DNA of 64,000 nt from the human T2T-CHM13v2.0 reference genome, Homo sapiens, in NCBI RefSeq assembly GCF_009914755.1, contig NC_060947.1. One strand, 5' to 3'. Shown here piece after piece: positions 58,277 to 64,000 of the stretch; position 1 is the stretch's first letter, and every line of letters begins with the position of its first letter. The notes under the pieces are model-generated. The model was not told the DNA's origin, ran no database searches, and saw only the letters and a program-made list of their open reading frames with translations. The position numbers and the translations under genes were made by a program.

Positions 58277-58308
<32 letters not shown>
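56851..58308. repeat. About 1.46 kb AT-rich minisatellite/VNTR (31-bp and 36-bp unit sub-arrays)
   Basis: 31-bp unit at about 56851-56980. 36-bp unit atgtttcttatacgtaatatatattatatattatat and variants at about 57560-58200. Ends in (TA)n. Confidence 0.95.
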
Positions 58309-58860
58309 GGCTATAAATTTTCCCCTAAGCACTGCTTTTGTGGTATCTCATAAATTTTGGAACGCTGCATTTTTATTTTCATTCATCTCAAAGTATTTTC
58401 CAATTTTTCTCATGATTTTCTTTTTGACTCTGGTTATTTAGGAATTTGTTGCTTAATTTTCACCTATTTGTGAATTGGCCATTTCCTTCTGTTATTGATT
58501 TCTAATCTTATTCCACTATGGTCAGAGAATATACTCTGCATGCTTCCAATCTTTTAAAAATCTGTAAGACTTGTCTGGTAGCCTAACATATGGTTTATCC
58601 TGAAGAATGTTCCATGTGCATTTGGAAAGAATTTGTGTTCAGCTATTGTCAGGTGGAGTGTTCAATAGATGTTTGTTAGATACAGTCATTTCATAGTGTT
58701 GTTCAAGTCTTCTCATTTATTTTTCATCACATATCCAGTTATTGTATCTATTTCTCAAAATGGGGTATTGAAGTCTACTACTACTACTACTGTTCATTGC
58801 CTATTCTTCCCTTAAATTCTGACAGTTTTTGCTCCATATATTTTGGGACTCTGTTGTGGG

Positions 58861-58862
<2 letters not shown>

Positions 58863-58906
<44 letters not shown>
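58863..58906. repeat. (TA)22 microsatellite
   Basis: Perfect TA run. Confidence 0.97.
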
Positions 58907-58912
<6 letters not shown>

Positions 58913-59728
58913 ACCAGTATATCTTTTTGATGGATAGACTCTTTTATCAGTATGAAATGTCCTCTTTGTCTCAGATAAAAATTTTGATCTTAAAGTCTAT
59001 TTTGTCTGATGATTAGTATGGTCAGTTTAACTTTCCTTTGGTTACTATTTGTATGACATAGTTTTAGAAATCTTTTATGTTAAACCTATTTGTGTCTTTG
59101 AATCTAAAGTATCTTTTGTAGACAGCATATAATTAGTTGATGTTTTTAATCTGTTTCAACAAGTTCTTCATTTTAATTGAAGTGCTAAATCTACTTACTT
59201 TAATTGCAATTACTGATATGGTAAGATTTACTTTGGTCATTTTGCTATTTGTTTTCTATATATCTTATGTCTTTTTTCCCTCCATTGCTCCATTTATGCC
59301 TTCTTCATTCTAACCAGATATTTTCTAGTGAGGAATTTAAATTCTATTTCTTTTTCTTTTACCATTTCATTATAGTCATTTTCTTAGTCATTGTTCTGGG
59401 GATCAAAATTAATAATTTATAATAATCTAATTCTGATTAATATAAACTTGTTTCAATAATATGTAAAAATTTGGCCCTTATATACCTCCATTCACTCTTT
59501 CTTTATTATGCTATTATTGTCACATAAATTACATAGTTATATATTGTATGCACATCAAGAGAAATTTATGATTATTGCTTTATACAGTTGTCCTTTAAAT
59601 CACACAGAGAACAAACATTACAAACAAAAAATACATTTAACTGTCTTATATTTACCTGTATAGTTACCTTTTCCAGTGCCCTTTATTTCTTCATGTACAT
59701 TCAAGTTACTGTCAAATATCCTTAAGGT

Positions 59729-60020
59729 GGCTGGGCGTGGTGGCTCGCACCAGTAATCCCAGCACTTTGGGAGGCGGAGGCAGGTGGATCACTTGAGGTC
59801 AGGAGTTTGATACCAGCCTGGCCAACATGGGGAAGCCCCATCTCTACTAAAAATACAAAAGTTAGCCTGGCATGATGGCACATGGCTTGTAATCCCAGCT
59901 ACTTGGGAGGCTGAGTCAGGAGAATCTCTTGAACCCATGAGGAGGAGGTTGTGGTGAGCCGAGATCATGCCACTGCACTCCATCCTGGGCGACAAAACAA
60001 GACTCCATCTCAAAAAAAAA
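59729..60020 (+). mobile_element. AluS element with TSD
   Basis: Full dimer. TSD atccttaagg at 59718-59727 and 60021-60030. Confidence 0.95.
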
Positions 60021-61094
60021 ATCCTTAAGGATATCAGCCTTAGGACTTCCTTTATTATTTCTTATAGGGTAGATTTACTTGCAATGAATTATCTGTTTTT
60101 TTTTTAATCTAAGAATGTCTTAATTTCTCCTTCAGTTTTGAAGGATACCTTTGCCAGTTACAGAACTGTTCGTCAACTGTATTTTTCTTTCAGCACTTTG
60201 AATTTCTCATCCTTTCCTTTTGGCCTCCATGACTTCTGATTAGAAATCAACTATTGTATTTAGGATCTACTGTGTATGATAAGTCACTTCTCTTTTATTG
60301 CTTTCAAGATTGTCTCTTCTGCATTGGCTTTTGACAGTTTGATTATGGTGTATCTAGTTTGGAACCCTTTGAGTTTATCCTGCTTGAAGTTTGTTGAACT
60401 TCATGGATGTGTATATTATTTTTCATCCATTTCAAGATGTTTTTGGCCATTATTTCTTTGGCTATTTTTTCTATTTTTTCTCTCTCTCCTTTGCTTTTGG
60501 TACTCCCATTGTATGTTGGACAAATTATGTATCGCACAGGTCTGAAGTTCTCTTCTATATTCTTTATTATTTTTATTTGTGTTAATCAGAATGGAATATC
60601 TCAATTGATCTCTCTTCAAGTTTGTTGATTCTTCTTCTGCATGCTCAAATATGCCATTGAGCTTCACTATTGAATTTTTTATTTCTGTTATTGTACTTTT
60701 CAACTTGAGAATTTCTATTTTATTCTTTTTCATAACTTCTCTTTACTAATTTCTCAATTTGATAAGACATTTTCATGCATTAATTATTTGGGCATGATTT
60801 CTTTCATTTCTTTTAAAGTATTTATAATAGCTGATTTAAAATTATTGTCTAATAAATGCAAAATCTAGGCTTCATCAAAGAACATTTCTATTGACTGCCT
60901 TCTTTTCCTATGCATAGCTCATACTTTCTCGTTTATTTGCTTGTCTTGTATTTTATATTGTTGAAAACTGGACATTATAAATAATATAATGTGATAATTT
61001 TGAAAATCATATTCTCTCTCGGCCAGGATTTTTTGTTGTTGCTGTTTGTTGCTGTTACTGTTGTTTGCTTGTTTAGCAACTTTTGTAAACATTT

Positions 61095-61412
61095 CCACAA
61101 TACCACTTCCAAAAAATACAGAAGAGGAGAGAATGCCTCCCAACTCATCCTATGAGACCACTATTAAATTGACACTAAAATCAGACAAAATTATCAAAAG
61201 AACAGAAATCTAAAGACTAATATCTCTTATGAACGTAGACATAAAAATCCTAAACAAAATACAATTTGAATGTAGCAAAATATTTAGAAATTACATACCA
61301 TGACCAGATAGGATTTATCCCAAGAATGGAATGTGTATGTGTATATCAGAACATCACATTGTATACCATATATATATATATATATATATATAATTTTTTA
61401 AGAATAAATAAA
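61095..61412 (+). mobile_element. Old L1M fragment (ORF2 piece joined to a 3' end with (TA)n)
   Basis: cccaactcatcctatgagacca...gactaatatctcttatgaac...ccatgaccagataggatttatccc, then catcacattgtatacc. Confidence 0.7.
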
Positions 61413-61419
61413 GATAACC

Positions 61420-64000
61420 CTCCCAACTTAGCTATTCTACAGCAGAAAACATTAATGTCAGCACTCCTTACACCATCCAGGAATAGAATGCATAGATTTG
61501 CCTTTGAGGTGCCAATGCTTTAATAGGGGCTGGTCATTCAACCTGCTATGGTGGGTTTATGGCAAACATCAGAATGCATATGTTTTCTTAAATTTCAGTG
61601 GAAAATACTTCTGTGTATATGTTACCTACTAAAATGTCTCCAAATCATAGAAAGTCTAAGTTGGCCACTACAGAAAGTGTTATAGGTGCCTTGGATACAA
61701 AAATCTACAGTAACTCATCACACTTATGAATAATCAATCCAACTAGAGTTTGGGGAATATACTATGAAATCACAGAGGAAAAGGACAGTTGACCCAGCTA
61801 GTATCTCTGTCAGACCTCTGTAATGGAATGATTCCAACTCAAGATATCTCAGTGTCTTTTTTACCAAGTTTGGACTTCCACAGTAATACACCCAATCAAT
61901 TCCCCTTTTTCAGAGTCCAGTGCCTGTCAATAAAACACAATTGAAAGCAATTTAGCATCAAGGTCTATTGGTAGTCTTGCCCTGACTGCAATGACCATTA
62001 GCACATGTATGAGACTTGAAGAGAGCTCTGATGTAGGTCTTCCCAGTCAAATGGCACCCAAAGGGTTCCCTTGAGACCCTGGAATTTTGCTCCCTCAGGC
62101 TTTGCTCCAAAATCTGTGGGGGCTATCCAAAAGAATGTCAGTCAGCTTAGCCCAAGGGCTTTATTAAAAGATTAAAAGATTACAACACAAGTAGATGTTG
62201 GTTAGGGAGTCTCAACCCTCAGTGACCACATGACTTCAGGTGGTGCTAGAGAAAAGAAAAGTCTACCAAGGGGGAGAAAAAAAAAGAATAATTGTGATGG
62301 CCATCATATATTGGTGAAAATATAACTCTTCAAACTGTCTGCTCTCAGAGTGGTATTTAAGACACCTCTGTTTCCTTGCAAATCTTCAGAAACTTGCAGT
62401 ATTGCCACATATACGCATACCACAGTCATTACCTCTTACTCAAAATTCTCTTCTTACTCATAAGGTCTGTTTTACATATTTCAAACCTTTTAATTCCCAT
62501 GTTTCCTGTGAAATTTGTGCTTCACGGTATCCCGAAGTTGAATTGAAACTGGTCTGTTTATAGTAATACTGTCCTCTAATATGCAGTGTAGCCTACAGTA
62601 GAAACTGGCTACTCTCAAGGCAGTCTATTGCCTTGCATTCTCCATCGTATTGATCTCATGCCCTTCTTTACATATCCCTAGCAAGAGCTCAAAATATTTT
62701 TATCTCTGAGCCATAGGAGTGTTTATTGCTTTTTTCCCTTGAATTGTGTGCCAAAAACTGATTTATTTATACTAACTAGTGACTGCATCAGTGACAGAAA
62801 CTTAAGCACATAACCTTGGTTAGTCCTATTATATTGTAACTCAAGTACCCTCTTATTTTACTGTCCTCATTACCTCCTCTGGAGATAGTATGAGTGCTAT
62901 CTATCCCAGATTACATTAACCCTGCTTGTATTTCAGGATACTAGAGAGGATCCTCTCCAGCCTTGGAAGAAGAATGTTCCAAAGAGAACAGGTAAGAGTT
63001 AGGGAAGGATGTGCACTTTTGCTATGCTTAGTGAGAAGACTGAAATGTAATGGTGAAGATTTAGACTTATAAATGAGACTTTTTTTTGTCACTATTTCAG
63101 TTAAAATCCCAAAGCTGAAGATAGTAAGATTGGACTACCTCTCCACACACATATTCTTTAAAAAGCATCAAGCAGCTGCTAGACACCCACTCCAAGGCTT
63201 TCTAACAGATATTTTAACTGCTCTTGTAAACCTAACCCCACTCCCACTCCAGCTGAGCTACATGGAAGAAATATGTTAAATTAAATTAATTCATATGGGT
63301 AGTGAGTGGTGGGGAAGATTAGGGGCTTTTTCTACAGTCTGGATATTGCCCTAGGCTAAGAGACCAGAGAAATGGAAAGAAAGAATTATGTAGGTAACGA
63401 AAGCATAGGCCCTGCATCTGATTCTCAAAGGTGGGAATAGTGAGGTCTCATGACCCCAGAAAGGAAATGGCTATGGGGTATGTGTCCTAGTGATGAACAC
63501 AAGAATCCTTATAAAATACTAGTATTCCAAATGTGGAATAGAAACAATAGAAAGACTACCATGCAGGCACTGGGCAACAGCTCTCTGCTGGACCCTATAA
63601 ATCACCAAGTACAGATAGTAGCAAAAAGACAATGGCAATTTGTGTGAACTAACAGTCAATAATCAGGTGGCTCCACCTTTCTCTCTCCCCAATGCTTTGG
63701 TATTGTGTAAGACCTCACTTGAAGGAATGCCAATTACTCAAACTGATTCTTGGGTGGGTGTAGACTTTAATGAAGACAACAACATTTTTACTTGGAGTAA
63801 TAGGGAAGAGAATGTTATAGGAGGGGCTCCAGGCACATTTTGAGCACCATCAGGAGAACCACTGGGGCTGGGAAAGACACTATACTAGAGTCTAAGGATT
63901 CTTCTGAGAAAGAATTATGTAAGCAGAATCAAGATAAACAAGTTTGATTCAATAGAAATAGACCAGTGTTTGAACACAGAAGGAATGTAAATTTTAAGTA
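61420..64000 (-). mobile_element. Possible highly degenerate ERV internal (gag/pro-like) sequence
   Basis: Only weak motif-like remnants on the minus strand, such as a broken zinc-knuckle-like tggcaatactgcaag near 62395-62410. No intact ORF. Confidence 0.3.

Larger units (their letters stand above)
53790..61085 (-). mobile_element. Long L1MB/MC-like LINE-1 (3'UTR, ORF2, ORF1 remnants) with an AT VNTR and an Alu inside
   Basis: 3' end aaatataatttgtataccataaaatttatcc. ORF2 remnants. ORF1-like MKKNKIEILKLKSTITEIKNS at 60416-60733. Confidence 0.88.

Overview
This is primate, almost certainly human, genomic DNA, judged from the Alu and L1PA content and a human-like protein sequence. The window holds the 5' part of LHFPL1 (tetraspan LHFPL family; human Xq23 from my recollection) on the minus strand. 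Coding exon 2 (17955-18350, ATG at 18336) and a 99-nt exon 3 (7573-7671) both have canonical splice sites. A candidate non-coding first exon and CpG-containing promoter lie at about 26.8-27.2 kb, and the last coding exon lies outside the window, left of base 1. Upstream of the gene is a processed HMGB3 retrocopy with an uninterrupted 201-codon ORF, inserted into an old L1. Intron 2 contains a Y1 RNA retropseudogene. The rest is interspersed repeats (L1 roughly a third of the window by eye, plus Alu, MIR, L2, MER DNA transposons and MLT/ERV LTRs) and two AT-rich tandem expansions. I see no evidence for a new biological system. The points worth following up are retrotransposition and regulatory details. 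Repeat subfamily names and most repeat boundaries are from recalled consensus sequences and are approximate.
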